Source of the DNA: an uncultured candidatus Porisulfidus sp.
GTDB lineage: Bacteria; Pseudomonadota; Gammaproteobacteria; Poriferisulfidales; Poriferisulfidaceae
NCBI GenBank assembly: GCA_965204575.1
Contig: OZ241993.1
Location: 1,376,001 to 1,440,000 of the forward strand
DNA length: 64,000 nucleotides
Direction: 5' to 3'
The stretch's first letter is position 1. Every line of letters starts with the position of its first letter. Shown one piece after another: positions 1 to 15,586 of the stretch. The notes beneath the pieces are model-generated. The model saw nothing but the letters and a program-made list of their open reading frames with translations. It did no database searches and had not been told where the DNA came from. The position numbers and the translations under genes are program-made.

Positions 1-89
1 GTTGCTTGGGGTCGAGGCGAATCATGAGGAAGCACCTGCTTGGCATTATACGAGCCACCTGGGGCCGATGCCGATTTTTGTCGTTTTGG

Positions 90-142
90 ATATAGCGTTT
101 TGCTTTGATAGTGGTTTACCTAGATAAAGCGATATGCTATAT
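90..142. promoter_or_regulatory. Imperfect inverted repeat, putative TA autoregulatory operator
   Basis: ATATAGCGTTTTGCTTT (90-106) and AAAGCGATATGCTATAT (126-142) are near reverse complements, each with an AGC-N5-GCT core, about 20 nt upstream of the toxin start. Confidence 0.5.
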
Positions 143-162
143 TCCTTTGAGGAACGGACTCC

Positions 163-423
163 ATGTACCGGCTAACCATAAGAAGGCACGCCATTAAGGT
201 CCTGCTGAAAATGCCGGAGCAGGATTCTCGACGCGTGCGCGGCGACCTGGAGAAATTGGCGGAAGAGCCGGACCGGCGGGACATTGACGTGGCACGACTG
301 CGCAGACGTTCTGGTTTTCGTTTGCGGGTCGGCGGCTGGCGCGTCATTTACGAACGAGACGATGAGGCTCGCGAGATCCGTATCCTGCGCATCGGTCCGC
401 GTGGTGACGTCTACAAAGAATAG
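163..423 (+). CDS. RelE/ParE-family type II toxin
   Basis: 86 aa, basic, FRLRVGGWRVIY and IGPRGDVYK motifs typical of RelE. Confidence 0.88.
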   Translation: MYRLTIRRHAIKVLLKMPEQDSRRVRGDLEKLAEEPDRRDIDVARLRRRSGFRLRVGGWRVIYERDDEAREIRILRIGPRGDVYKE

Positions 424-432
424 GAGGACGAC

Positions 433-804
433 ATGGCCAAACCGCAAGTGATTCTGGACGATGGGGGAAACCCCGCCTTCGCCATCATTCCCTGGGAGGA
501 GTACCGGCGATGGAGTGAGGAAAATGCCGGGGCAGGGCTGAGTGACGAAGAACTCTACGATCAGGCGATGGCTGCGGCGGAGGAGTCGTTTCCCATCGAG
601 GTGGCGGACCGCCTGTTGGCCGGGGAGAATGCCGTTAAGGTTCACCGTAACTGCCGTGGAATGACTCAGAGGGATCTGGCGGAAGCTGCCGGCATTAATG
701 CCGTTTATCTTTCGCAGATCGAAAGAGGCAAGCGTACCGGATCGACTAGGACCTTGGCCGCCATTGCCGATGCCTTGGGCATTGGCGTGGATTCCTTGAT
801 CTGA
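433..804 (+). CDS. XRE/HTH antitoxin (HigA-like)
   Basis: C-terminal HTH (GMTQRDLAEAAGINAVYLSQIERGKR), AGGAGG RBS, directly downstream of the toxin. Confidence 0.85.
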   Translation: MAKPQVILDDGGNPAFAIIPWEEYRRWSEENAGAGLSDEELYDQAMAAAEESFPIEVADRLLAGENAVKVHRNCRGMTQRDLAEAAGINAVYLSQIERGKRTGSTRTLAAIADALGIGVDSLI

Positions 805-811
805 GGTTCCC

Positions 812-1765
812 GTGGCTGCTGAAAAACTTCGTCCGGCACGGCGGAGGGTCGTCGGCACGGATGATGCCGGACGACGTCTGGACAATTTCCTGCTGACGCG
901 GGTGGAGGTGCCGCGCCAAGTCGTCTACCAATGGATCCGCACCGGCCAGGTTCGGGTCAACCGCGGCCGGGCGAAGCCGTCTTGCCGCCTCAGGGCGGAC
1001 GACGAAGTGCGGATTCCTCCGCACAGCCCGGAGGGGCAGGATCGACCCGATTCGCCGGTTCCGGACATTCCGGTGCCGGTGCTATACGAAGATGCAGATT
1101 TGCTGATTGTCGACAAGCTGGCTGGACTGGCCGTGCATGGCGGCAGCCGGATCCGCTTCGGGTTGATCGATGTGCTGCGGCAGGGCCGGGGTGAGGACGG
1201 ATTCCTGGAATTGGTGCATCGGCTGGACCGAGGCAGCAGCGGGTGCCTCGCCCTGGCCCGCAATCGCAGCGCATTGCTCGGGCTGCAGGCTCAATTCCGG
1301 AAGAGGGCGGTGCAGAAAACCTATTGGGCGTTGGTGGCCGGGCAATGGCCGGAACAGGTCCGGGAGATCCGCCAGCCTCTCCGCATCAACCGCCACCATG
1401 CCAAGCACCGAAAGGCGGTCGTCGACGAAAAGGGCAGGGAGACGCACAGCCGGTTCCGGCCGCTTGAGCAGTTCGTGCAAAGCTGCTTGGTAGAGGCTCG
1501 CATCGAGACCGGGCGGACCCACCAGATCCGGGTGCATGCCAGCGAAGCCGGGTGCCCGGTCGTCGGAGACGACCGCTATGGCAACAGGCAGGTCAATAGC
1601 TGGGCGCGGGAACAGGGGTTCAGGCGACTGTTCCTGCATGCGCGATCGCTGGGTTTCGCCCATCCGACGCACGGGACTCCGGTGACGGTGCGGGCGCCCT
1701 TGGATCCGACCTGCAAAAAGCTCCTGGCCGCATTGCGGCGCGAGACCTGCGACCATTCACTATAA
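812..1765 (+). CDS. rluC: RluA-family 23S rRNA pseudouridine synthase (RluC)
   Basis: N-terminal S4 domain (RRLDNFL, GQVRVN), catalytic HRLD motif, TGRTHQIRVH, RLFLHA. Confidence 0.88.
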   Translation: MAAEKLRPARRRVVGTDDAGRRLDNFLLTRVEVPRQVVYQWIRTGQVRVNRGRAKPSCRLRADDEVRIPPHSPEGQDRPDSPVPDIPVPVLYEDADLLIVDKLAGLAVHGGSRIRFGLIDVLRQGRGEDGFLELVHRLDRGSSGCLALARNRSALLGLQAQFRKRAVQKTYWALVAGQWPEQVREIRQPLRINRHHAKHRKAVVDEKGRETHSRFRPLEQFVQSCLVEARIETGRTHQIRVHASEAGCPVVGDDRYGNRQVNSWAREQGFRRLFLHARSLGFAHPTHGTPVTVRAPLDPTCKKLLAALRRETCDHSL

Positions 1766-1786
1766 TGAGGTCGCACCACGGGCCGG

Positions 1787-1862
1787 GCTGGCGTAGCTCA
1801 GGTGGTAGAGCAGCTGTCTTGTAAACAGCAGGTCGGGGGTTCGAATCCTCTCGCCAGCTCCA
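1787..1862 (+). tRNA. tRNA-Thr(TGT)
   Basis: Cloverleaf GCTGGCG...CGCCAGC-TCCA, anticodon loop CTTGTAA; TATAAT at 1761-1766. Confidence 0.96.
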
Positions 1863-1959
1863 TGTGGTTTTTTTGCACCTAAATCCCGGTTTTGCACGGC
1901 ATTTTTTGCCCGGCAAGGCACTCAAATTATGATATAATCCATACTTTAGCCTAATTTTG

Positions 1960-2044
1960 GGAGGGGTACCCAAGCGGTCAACGGGGGCAGACTGTAAATC
2001 TGCTGGCTCAGCCTTCGTAGGTTCGAATCCTACCCCCTCCACCA
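1960..2044 (+). tRNA. tRNA-Tyr(GTA)
   Basis: GGAGGGG/CCCCTCC acceptor stem, CTGTAAA loop, long variable arm, CCA end; TATAAT at 1933-1938. Confidence 0.96.
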
Positions 2045-2077
2045 GGGGGCTGCAGACCAGCGGAAACAGCGGGTTGG

Positions 2078-2151
2078 GCGGGTGTAGTTCAACGGTAGAA
2101 CCTCAGCCTTCCAAGCTGATAGTGGCGGTTCGATTCCGCTCACCCGCTCCA
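2078..2151 (+). tRNA. tRNA-Gly(TCC)
   Basis: GCGGGTG/CACCCGC stem, CTTCCAA loop, CCA end. Confidence 0.96.
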
Positions 2152-2176
2152 CTGCCGCCGGCGGCGAAGGGACGCG

Positions 2177-2252
<76 letters not shown>

Positions 2253-2289
2253 GATTGAGACGACAACCTAACCACGAGGAGACAGAACG

Positions 2290-3480
<1,191 letters not shown>

Positions 3481-3529
3481 CCGGCCAGGCATCGCTTCAG
3501 GCCGAAGGGTGGTAAAGTCATGTCTGCAA

Positions 3530-3605
3530 AGGCCAGTAGCTCAATTGGTAGAGCAGCGGTCTCCAAAACCGCAGGTTGGGGGTTCGAGTCCCTCCTGGCC
3601 TGCCA
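3530..3605 (+). tRNA. tRNA-Trp(CCA)
   Basis: AGGCCAG/CTGGCCT stem, CTCCAAA loop, CCA end; between tuf and secE. Confidence 0.96.
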
Positions 3606-3623
3606 GCGATGGGAGGCCGTGTA

Positions 3624-3995
3624 ATGGTGCAGGAACGCATCGAGTCGAGCCTCTCGCAAGCGGACATCGCCCGCTGGGCGGTCGTGGCCGCGCTGCTGGT
3701 GACGGGAATCGCCGGCTTTTACTATTTCGCGGATCAAGCGCTCCTGTATCGGGTGCTGGGCTTGGTCGCATTGTTCGCAGCGGCGGCGGCCGTTGCAGCG
3801 GGCTCGGCGCACGGGCAGCGCTTTCTGGGCTTCATGCGCGAATCCCGCGCCGAAGTGCGCAAGATGGTGTGGGCCACCCGCGCGGAAACCCTGCAGACCT
3901 CCTTGGTGGTATTCGCGGCGGTGATCGTGATGGCCCTGTTCCTGTGGCTTCTGGATCGGCTCCTCTCTTGGGGGGTCAGCCTGCTTCTGGGGTGA
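3624..3995 (+). CDS. secE: Preprotein translocase subunit SecE
   Basis: Three hydrophobic segments, EVRKMVW motif, GGAGG RBS; start moved downstream of the tRNA. Confidence 0.93.
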   Translation: MVQERIESSLSQADIARWAVVAALLVTGIAGFYYFADQALLYRVLGLVALFAAAAAVAAGSAHGQRFLGFMRESRAEVRKMVWATRAETLQTSLVVFAAVIVMALFLWLLDRLLSWGVSLLLG

Positions 3996-4000
3996 GGACG

Positions 4001-4564
4001 ATGACGGAAGAAACCTCCCGGGAAAGCGACCAAGGACTGCAATGGTACGCGGTTCACGCCTACTCCAACTACGAGGAGCAGGTGCGCACCCAACTTGAGG
4101 AGCGAATCGAGCGCCTCGGCAAGCAAGACGAATTCGGACGCATCGAAGTGCCGTCGGAAGCCAGCATCGAGCTGCGCGACGGCAAGCAGAAGGTGATCCG
4201 ACGCAAGACCTTCCCCGGCTATGTCCTGGTCCAGATGAAATGGTCCGAGGAAAACTGGCATCTGGTGCGCAACACGCCGAAGGTGCTGGGCTTCATCGGC
4301 GGCGCACGCCATCACCCGGAACCGATCCCGGACTCTCAGGTCGAATCCATCCTGGAGCGGGCCGAAGAAGGGCAGACGGCGCCGCGGATCAAGGTGATGT
4401 ACGAGCCGGGCCAGGTGGTCCGGGTCATCGACGGGCCGTTCAACGACTTCAACGGCGTGGTCGAAGAGGCCAACCATGAAAAGGGCCGCCTGCGCGTCGC
4501 CATCCAGATTTTCGGACGTTCCACGCCGGTCGAGTTGAGTTTCGACCAGGTCACCAAGGACTGA
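4001..4564 (+). CDS. nusG: Transcription factor NusG
   Basis: WYAVHAYSNYE, FPGYVLV, KOW domain GPFNDFNG...IFGRSTPVEL; start at ATG after GAGG. Confidence 0.97.
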   Translation: MTEETSRESDQGLQWYAVHAYSNYEEQVRTQLEERIERLGKQDEFGRIEVPSEASIELRDGKQKVIRRKTFPGYVLVQMKWSEENWHLVRNTPKVLGFIGGARHHPEPIPDSQVESILERAEEGQTAPRIKVMYEPGQVVRVIDGPFNDFNGVVEEANHEKGRLRVAIQIFGRSTPVELSFDQVTKD

Positions 4565-4573
4565 GGTCCCGCC

Positions 4574-5005
4574 ATGGCAGACAAGGACATCCAGGCGTAC
4601 GTCAAGCTGCAGGTGCCGGCGGGCTCCGCCAACCCGGCGCCTCCGGTCGGCCCGGCCCTGGGCCAGCACGGCCTGGCCATCCAGGACTTCTGCAAGGCCT
4701 TCAACGATCGCACGGCATCGATGGAGAAAGGAATGCCGTTGCCGGTGGTGATCACGGTGTACGCCGACCGCAGTTTCGACTTCATCATCAAGACGCCGCC
4801 CGCCGCCGTGCTGCTGCGCAAGGCGGCCGGGATTGAAAAGGGCAGCGCGACCCCGAACTCGGAAAAAGTCGGCAAGGTGACGCGCAAGCAACTGGAGGAG
4901 ATCGCGACGGTCAAGATGCCGGACCTGAGCGCGAACGACCTGGACGCGGCCGTGAAGATCATTGCCGGAAGCGCCCGAAGCATGGGCTTGGAGATGGACC
5001 AATGA
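4574..5005 (+). CDS. rplK: 50S ribosomal protein L11
   Basis: [19 protein letters not shown]. Confidence 0.98.
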   Translation: MADKDIQAYVKLQVPAGSANPAPPVGPALGQHGLAIQDFCKAFNDRTASMEKGMPLPVVITVYADRSFDFIIKTPPAAVLLRKAAGIEKGSATPNSEKVGKVTRKQLEEIATVKMPDLSANDLDAAVKIIAGSARSMGLEMDQ

Positions 5006-5688
5006 AGAACCGTCGGATCACCGAGACCCGGGCCAAGATCGATGTGCTGCAACTGTACCCGGTCGACGAGGCGGTCGAACTGGTGCGCACGGCGAGCGGG
5101 ACGGTGAAATTCGAGGAAAGCATCGACGTCAGCATCAACCTCGGCGTGGACCCGAAGCAGAGCGACCAGAATGTGCGCGGGGCGATGGTCCTGCCGCAAG
5201 GCACGGGCAAACGGACACGAGTGGCCGTATTCGCGCAGGGCGACCCGGCGCAGGCCGCAACCGACGCGGGCGCCGACGTGGTCGGCCTGGAAGACTTGGC
5301 GGAACGGATCAAGGGCGGCGACCTCGATTTCAGCGCGGTGGTCGCGACGCCGGACAGCATGCCCGTCGTGGGGGCACTGGGGCAGATACTGGGCCCGCGC
5401 GGCCTGATGCCGAACCCGAAAACCGGGACGGTGACGCCGGACGTTGCCACGGCGGTCAAGAACGCCAAGGCGGGGCAGATCCGCTATCGCACTGACAAAG
5501 GCGGCATCGTGCACTGCTCGATCGGGCGGGCCGGTTTCGAGGCGGCGGCGCTGGCCGAGAACCTCCGCGCCCTGATTGCGGAACTGATCCGGACCAAGCC
5601 GGCCTCCTCCAAGGGGGTGTACATCCAGCGCATCACCATGTCCCCGACCATGGGGCCGGGCATCCGGGTGGACCCGGCGACGGTGTAA
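5002..5688 (+). CDS. rplA: 50S ribosomal protein L1
   Basis: [22 protein letters not shown]. Confidence 0.98.
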   Translation: MKNRRITETRAKIDVLQLYPVDEAVELVRTASGTVKFEESIDVSINLGVDPKQSDQNVRGAMVLPQGTGKRTRVAVFAQGDPAQAATDAGADVVGLEDLAERIKGGDLDFSAVVATPDSMPVVGALGQILGPRGLMPNPKTGTVTPDVATAVKNAKAGQIRYRTDKGGIVHCSIGRAGFEAAALAENLRALIAELIRTKPASSKGVYIQRITMSPTMGPGIRVDPATV

Positions 5689-5717
5689 GGCGGACGGGAG
5701 AACCTGAGGAACGGATC

Positions 5718-6248
5718 ATGGCGCGCACACGCGAAGAAAAGGAAGCCATCGTGCAGGAAGTGACGCAGGTCGCGGCCCGCGCGCATTCGCTGGTGGCGGC
5801 GGAGTACCGGGGCATGAGCGTGACCGAGTTGACCCGCCTGCGTCGACAGGCCCGGGATTACGGCGTCTACGTCCGGGTGGTCAAGAACAACCTGGCCAAG
5901 AAGGCGCTGGACGGCACGGACTACGCGTGCGCGCAGGAGCGCCTGATCGGCCCCCTGCTGCTCGGCTTCTCCGAGGAGCAGCCGATGGACGGCCCGCGCC
6001 TGTTCCGGGATTTCAGCAAGGAAAACGAATTGCTGGAACTCAAGTTCGGCGCCATGGACGGCGCTGTGCTGGAAGTGGCCGATGTGCGGAAGCTGGCAGA
6101 CCTGCCGACCCGCGACGAGGCCTTGGCACAACTGATGGCAGTCATGCGTGCGCCGATCGAAAAGATGGTGCGCATGACGGCCGACATTCCAAGCAGGCTG
6201 GTGCGCACGCTGGCGGCACACCGCGACCGCCAGCAGGCGGCATCCTGA
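5718..6248 (+). CDS. rplJ: 50S ribosomal protein L10
   Basis: EYRGMSV, VVKNNL, LPTRDE; operon position. Confidence 0.96.
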   Translation: MARTREEKEAIVQEVTQVAARAHSLVAAEYRGMSVTELTRLRRQARDYGVYVRVVKNNLAKKALDGTDYACAQERLIGPLLLGFSEEQPMDGPRLFRDFSKENELLELKFGAMDGAVLEVADVRKLADLPTRDEALAQLMAVMRAPIEKMVRMTADIPSRLVRTLAAHRDRQQAAS

Positions 6249-6280
6249 TTACTGATTGCAACCAAAGGAGTTATTGACCC

Positions 6281-6667
6281 ATGACCACAGCAAGTGTTTC
6301 CAAGGAAGACGTCCTTGACGTCATTTCCAACATGACCGTGATGGAAATCGTCGACCTGGTCTCCGCGATGGAGGAGAAGTTCGGTGTTTCCGCGGCAGCG
6401 GTGGCGGCAGCGCCGGCGGCCGGAGCGGCCGCGGCTGCGCCCGAGGAAGAAGCGGCCACCGAACGGACCGTCATGCTGGCCTCGGTCGGCGACAACAAGA
6501 TCGGGGTCATCAAAGTGATCCGCGCGGCCACCGGCCTGGGACTGAAAGAGTCCAAGGAAATGGCGGAAGGTGCACCGTGCGCGGTGAAAGAGGAGGTTCC
6601 CGTCGAAGAGGCCGAGGAACTGAAGAAACAGTTGGAGGAAGCGGGCGCAACCGTCGAACTGAAGTAA
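6281..6667 (+). CDS. rplL: 50S ribosomal protein L7/L12
   Basis: [10 protein letters not shown], Ala-rich hinge, [20 protein letters not shown]. Confidence 0.98.
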   Translation: MTTASVSKEDVLDVISNMTVMEIVDLVSAMEEKFGVSAAAVAAAPAAGAAAAAPEEEAATERTVMLASVGDNKIGVIKVIRAATGLGLKESKEMAEGAPCAVKEEVPVEEAEELKKQLEEAGATVELK

Positions 6668-6694
6668 TCAGTGCGCGGTTTCGCAATCAATCAT

Positions 6695-6733
6695 GACGTG
6701 GCGGCGCGCCGGGCGTGCCGACGGCGTTTTTTT
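6695..6733 (+). terminator. Hairpin plus T-tract between rplL and rpoB (attenuator-like)
   Basis: CGGCGCGC-CGG-GCGTGCCG stem followed by T7. Confidence 0.55.
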
Positions 6734-6756
6734 AACTGACGATCACTGAGGTGGGC

Positions 6757-9700
6757 ATGCCTTATTCCTACACCGAGAAAAAACGCATTCGGAAAGATTT
6801 CGGAAAGCTTCCGGAAGTACTCCCGATTCCGGACATGCTGCAGGTCCAGCGCGAGTCTTACCGCGATTTCCTGCAGGTCGACGTCCCGGCGAAGAAACGC
6901 AAGGACCAGGGCATTCAGGCGGTACTGAATGCGGCGTTTCCGATTATCAGCCATGCCGGGCATATCGAGCTGAGCAGCCTGAAGTACGAACTCGGAGAAC
7001 CGCGCTTCAACGTGCGCGAGTGCCAGAGGCGGGGCCAGACATACATGGCGCCCCTGAGGATCAAGACGCGGATGGTCATCCACGAGAAGGATTCGCCCAA
7101 GGGCGCGCCGCGCAAGGTCAAGGAAATCAAGGAACAGGACGTGTACCTGGGCGACATCCCGCTGATGACCGAGCATGGCACGTTCGTGATCAATGGCACG
7201 GAGCGGGTGGTCGTATCCCAGCTGTTGCAGTCACCGGGCGTCATCTTCACCGACGACAAGGGGCGAAGCCATTCCTCGGGCAAGATCCTCCACCATGCCC
7301 GAATCAAACCGGAATATGGATCCTGGCTGGAGTTCGGATTCGACCACAAGGACCTGTTGTACCTGAGGGTAGACAGCCGCCGCAAGATTCCGGCAACGAT
7401 CCTGCTGCGCGCGATCGGCATGTCGGAAGAAGAGATCCTGGAAACCTTCACGACGCGCTGCCCGGTGCGGATGGAGCAGTGGCGCGAGGTTCCGCTGACG
7501 CTGCTTGAGGGCGCGAAGCCGGCATTCCCGCTGGTGGATGCCGGAAAGGGAGACGTGGTCCTGAACAAGGGCAAGAAGGTGACGCCGACCGCGATCACCA
7601 AGCTGACCCAGGCCGGGGTGGAGAACGTGCTGGCGCCGCAGGATTTCCTGCAGGACCTGCTGACGCCCGGCGGGGAGGATGACGCCTATGTCTTCGACGC
7701 GAACGGATGGCAGGCGCGTCCGGCTTCGCTGGTCGGCAAGAAACTGCCGCTGACGCTGCTGCACGAAGACCGCATCGCGGTTAAGGCCGGCACCAAGCTG
7801 ACGGCGGCCCGGGCCGGGAAACTGCCGGAGCTTTGCGCCATTTCCCTGCCGCTGCGCAGCCGGTTCTTCATCGGGGTGGAGAACTTCCAGCGTCAGAAAC
7901 TGTCGTTCGATATTCGTGCGGAGAAGGCCGGTGTGGAAGTGCGGGCCGGGCGCACCCTCATGCCGATCCATGTGAAGAAGCTGCTGGAGGCGGGGCAGAA
8001 GGAAATCGAGGTCCCGGCTTCGTTCTTCTACGATCGCGCGCTGGCGCGCGACCTGTTCGACCCTGAAACCGGGGAGATCTACGGGCGGTTGCGTCTCAAC
8101 GCCCTGCTCGACGAGGACCTGCTGGGGGAATTGATGAGCCTGCCGGTCACGGGATTCGAAATCATCCAGAATTCCGAAGCGACCCAGAGCATTCCCGGCA
8201 CCCTGCGCACGGACGACTTCCATTTCCGTCCGCCCCGGTACAGTCCGGAGGCGGTGACCCTGGAAGCCCAGACCTACATTTACCGCATCCTGCGCCCCAG
8301 CGAACCGATTACGGCGGAGACGGTGCGGAATTACTTCAACAACCTGTTTTTCAACGCGGAGCGCTACGACCTCTCCCCGGTGGGGCGGATGCGGCTGAAT
8401 CGCCGGTTGCGGCGCGACAGCATGCAGGGCCTGGGGATCCTCGAGGTCAAGGACATCATCGATGTGCTGCAGGTCCTGATCGACATCCACCAGGGCCGCG
8501 ATGTCGTGGACGATGTGGACCACCTGGGCAATCGCCGGGTGCGTTGCGTCGGCGAGCAGGTGGAGCAGGCTTTCCGGACGGGGCTGTCCCGGGTGCAGCG
8601 GGCGGTCAAGGAGCGCCTGACCCAGGTCGAGGCGGATGATCTGACCGTACAGGACATGGTCAACGCCAAGCCGGTGTCCGCGGCGATCAAGGAATTCTTC
8701 GGCTCCAGCCAGTTGTCCCAGTTCATGGATCAGAACAACCCGCTGGCGGAAGTGACGCACAAGCGCCGGATTTCCGCGCTGGGGCCGGGCGGCCTGACTC
8801 GCGAGCGGGCCGGCTTCGAGGTGCGCGACGTGCATCCGACCCACTACGGGCGGGTCTGTCCGATCGAGACCCCGGAAGGGCCGAACATCGGCCTGATCAA
8901 TTCCCTGGCGGTCTACGCCCGGCTCAACAATTTCGGCTTCCTCGAGACCCCGTACCGGAAGGTGACCGACGGCCGGGTCACGGATCAGATCGACTACCTG
9001 TCGGCGATCGAGGAAGGGCAGTACATCATCGCGCAGGCGAATGCGGCGCTGGACCAGGATCGCCGATTCACCGACCAGCTGGTGTCCTGCCGGCACCAGA
9101 AGGAGTTCATGATGGAGCGGCCGGAGAAGATCGACTACATCGATGTCTCGCCGCGCCAGATCGTTTCGGTGGCGGCCTCGCTGATCCCGTTTTTGGAGCA
9201 CGACGACGCCAACCGGGCACTGATGGGGTCGAACATGATGCGCCAGGCGGTGCCGACCCTGCGCGCCGAAAAACCCCTGGTCGGAACCGGCATGGAACGC
9301 GCGGTCGCGGTGGACTCCGGGGCCATGGTGCTGGCGCACCGCGGCGGCACGGTGCACGACGTGGACGCCAACCGGATCGTCGTGCGGGTCGAGGACGAGG
9401 AGGCCGGCGAAGGGCAGTCCGGCGTAGACATCTACAACCTGACCAAGTACATCCGCTCCAACCAGAGCACTTGCATCAACCAGCACCCTCGGGTGCGTCC
9501 GGGTGACGGCATCGAAAAGGGCGACGTGCTGGCGGACGGCTCAGCCACGGACTTGGGCGAGTTGGCGGTCGGGCAGAACATGCTGGTCGCGTTCATGCCA
9601 TGGAACGGCTACAACTTCGAGGACTCCATCGTGCTCTCGGAACGGGTGCTGGAAGAGGACCGCTACACCACGATCCACATCGAGGAACTGACCTGCGTGG

Positions 9701-11274
9701 CGCGCGAGACCAAGATGGGGGCGGAGGAGATCACCGCCGACATCCCGAACGTCAGTGAAGGATTGCTGGGCAAGCTCGACGAGTGCGGCGTGGTTTACAT
9801 CGGTGCGGAGGTTCGCCCGAACGACATCCTGGTCGGCAAGGTCACGCCGAAAGGGGAGACCCAGCTGACTCCGGAGGAGAAATTGCTGCGCGCGATCTTC
9901 GGCGAGAAGGCGTCCGAGGTGAAGGACACCTCGCTGCGCGTGCCTTCGGGGATGGAGGGCACGGTGATCGACGTGCAGATCTTCACGCGCGAAGGCGAAA
10001 CCAAGGACGCGCGCGCGGTCGAGGTCGAAGCCATTGCGGTCGAGCAGGCGCGCAAGGACATGAAAGACCAGTTGCGCATCTACGAGGAAGACATCTACTT
10101 GCGTGCCCGCACCCTGATGGAAGGCAAGATGGCGGACAAGGGGCCAAAGAAGAAAGGCGGCTTCACGGTCACCGCGGCATACCTGGACGGCTTGGAGCGC
10201 AAGGACTGGTTCAAGATCAGCCTGCGCCAGGAGAAGCTCAGCCGCGGCCTGGAAGCGCTGCAGAAGCGGTTGCAGTCTCAGAGCCAGTTCCTGAATCAGC
10301 AATTCGAGCATCAGAAAGAGAAGATCGAGGCGGGAAGCGAACTGGCCCCCGGCGTGCTGAAGACGATCAAGGTCTCGCTGGCGGTCAAGCGGCGCATGCA
10401 GCCGGGCGACAAGATGGCCGGGCGGCACGGCAACAAGGGCGTGGTCTCCATGGTGGTCCCGGTCGAGGACATGCCGTACATGGAAGACGGCACACCGGTC
10501 GACATCGTGCTCAATCCCCTCGGCGTCCCGTCGCGGATGAATGTCGGGCAGGTGCTGGAAACCCACCTGGGCTGGGCGGCGAAGACGCTCGGCGCGCAGG
10601 TTCGCCAGTTGCTCGAACAGACTCCCAAGGCGACCGAGATTCGCCAGTTCCTGGAGCGGATCTACCAGGGCGCCGGGAACCCGGAAGTGAAACTCGGCGG
10701 CTTCAATGCGGAGGAGATCCGCAACCTGGCGGAAAACCTGTGCGACGGCATTCCGGTCGGCACGCCGGTGTTCGACGGCGCCAACGAGCAGGAAGTCAAG
10801 ACGATGCTGGAACTGGCAGGGCTGCCGACCAGCGGACAGACGCGGTTGTACGACGGGCGAACCGGGAATGCGTTCGACCGCGAAGTGACCGTCGGCTACA
10901 TGTACATGCTCAAGCTCAACCACCTGGTGGACGACAAGATGCACGCGCGCTCCACCGGGCCGTACAGCCTGGTCACCCAGCAGCCGCTTGGCGGGAAGGC
11001 GCAGTTTGGCGGCCAGCGCTTCGGCGAGATGGAGGTGTGGGCGCTCGAGGCCTACGGCGCCAGCTACACCCTGCAGGAAATGCTGACCGTGAAGTCCGAC
11101 GACGTCGAGGGCCGAAACCGCGTGTACAAGAGCATCATCGGAGACGAACTGGAACTCCAGGCGTCGCTGCCCGAATCGTTCAACGTCCTGCTGCGCGAGG
11201 TGCGGGCGCTTGGCATCAACATCGACATGGAGCGCGACCGCACGCCGGATCCGCTGTCGCCCCTGCCCCTGTGA
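6757..11274 (+). CDS. rpoB: RNA polymerase beta subunit with enlarged lineage-specific insert
   Basis: [53 protein letters not shown]. Confidence 0.99.
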   Translation: MPYSYTEKKRIRKDFGKLPEVLPIPDMLQVQRESYRDFLQVDVPAKKRKDQGIQAVLNAAFPIISHAGHIELSSLKYELGEPRFNVRECQRRGQTYMAPLRIKTRMVIHEKDSPKGAPRKVKEIKEQDVYLGDIPLMTEHGTFVINGTERVVVSQLLQSPGVIFTDDKGRSHSSGKILHHARIKPEYGSWLEFGFDHKDLLYLRVDSRRKIPATILLRAIGMSEEEILETFTTRCPVRMEQWREVPLTLLEGAKPAFPLVDAGKGDVVLNKGKKVTPTAITKLTQAGVENVLAPQDFLQDLLTPGGEDDAYVFDANGWQARPASLVGKKLPLTLLHEDRIAVKAGTKLTAARAGKLPELCAISLPLRSRFFIGVENFQRQKLSFDIRAEKAGVEVRAGRTLMPIHVKKLLEAGQKEIEVPASFFYDRALARDLFDPETGEIYGRLRLNALLDEDLLGELMSLPVTGFEIIQNSEATQSIPGTLRTDDFHFRPPRYSPEAVTLEAQTYIYRILRPSEPITAETVRNYFNNLFFNAERYDLSPVGRMRLNRRLRRDSMQGLGILEVKDIIDVLQVLIDIHQGRDVVDDVDHLGNRRVRCVGEQVEQAFRTGLSRVQRAVKERLTQVEADDLTVQDMVNAKPVSAAIKEFFGSSQLSQFMDQNNPLAEVTHKRRISALGPGGLTRERAGFEVRDVHPTHYGRVCPIETPEGPNIGLINSLAVYARLNNFGFLETPYRKVTDGRVTDQIDYLSAIEEGQYIIAQANAALDQDRRFTDQLVSCRHQKEFMMERPEKIDYIDVSPRQIVSVAASLIPFLEHDDANRALMGSNMMRQAVPTLRAEKPLVGTGMERAVAVDSGAMVLAHRGGTVHDVDANRIVVRVEDEEAGEGQSGVDIYNLTKYIRSNQSTCINQHPRVRPGDGIEKGDVLADGSATDLGELAVGQNMLVAFMPWNGYNFEDSIVLSERVLEEDRYTTIHIEELTCVARETKMGAEEITADIPNVSEGLLGKLDECGVVYIGAEVRPNDILVGKVTPKGETQLTPEEKLLRAIFGEKASEVKDTSLRVPSGMEGTVIDVQIFTREGETKDARAVEVEAIAVEQARKDMKDQLRIYEEDIYLRARTLMEGKMADKGPKKKGGFTVTAAYLDGLERKDWFKISLRQEKLSRGLEALQKRLQSQSQFLNQQFEHQKEKIEAGSELAPGVLKTIKVSLAVKRRMQPGDKMAGRHGNKGVVSMVVPVEDMPYMEDGTPVDIVLNPLGVPSRMNVGQVLETHLGWAAKTLGAQVRQLLEQTPKATEIRQFLERIYQGAGNPEVKLGGFNAEEIRNLAENLCDGIPVGTPVFDGANEQEVKTMLELAGLPTSGQTRLYDGRTGNAFDREVTVGYMYMLKLNHLVDDKMHARSTGPYSLVTQQPLGGKAQFGGQRFGEMEVWALEAYGASYTLQEMLTVKSDDVEGRNRVYKSIIGDELELQASLPESFNVLLREVRALGINIDMERDRTPDPLSPLPL

Positions 11275-11297
11275 GGCGGATCTGACCGGAGAACATC

Positions 11298-15524
<4,227 letters not shown>

Positions 15525-15586
15525 TTCGGTTCGAAATTCCGGGTTTTTTGCTCGCTTTAGGGCGAGTGGTCGCCTAAAATACGGGT

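Noticed and set aside
1-25. Possible minus-strand gene start (MIRLDPKQ) with upstream TATAAT
   Set aside because: Only eight codons are visible, too little to call
15525-15586. rpoC not followed by rpsL; T-run after rpoC
   Set aside because: This split is common in Gammaproteobacteria, and no convincing terminator stem precedes the T-run
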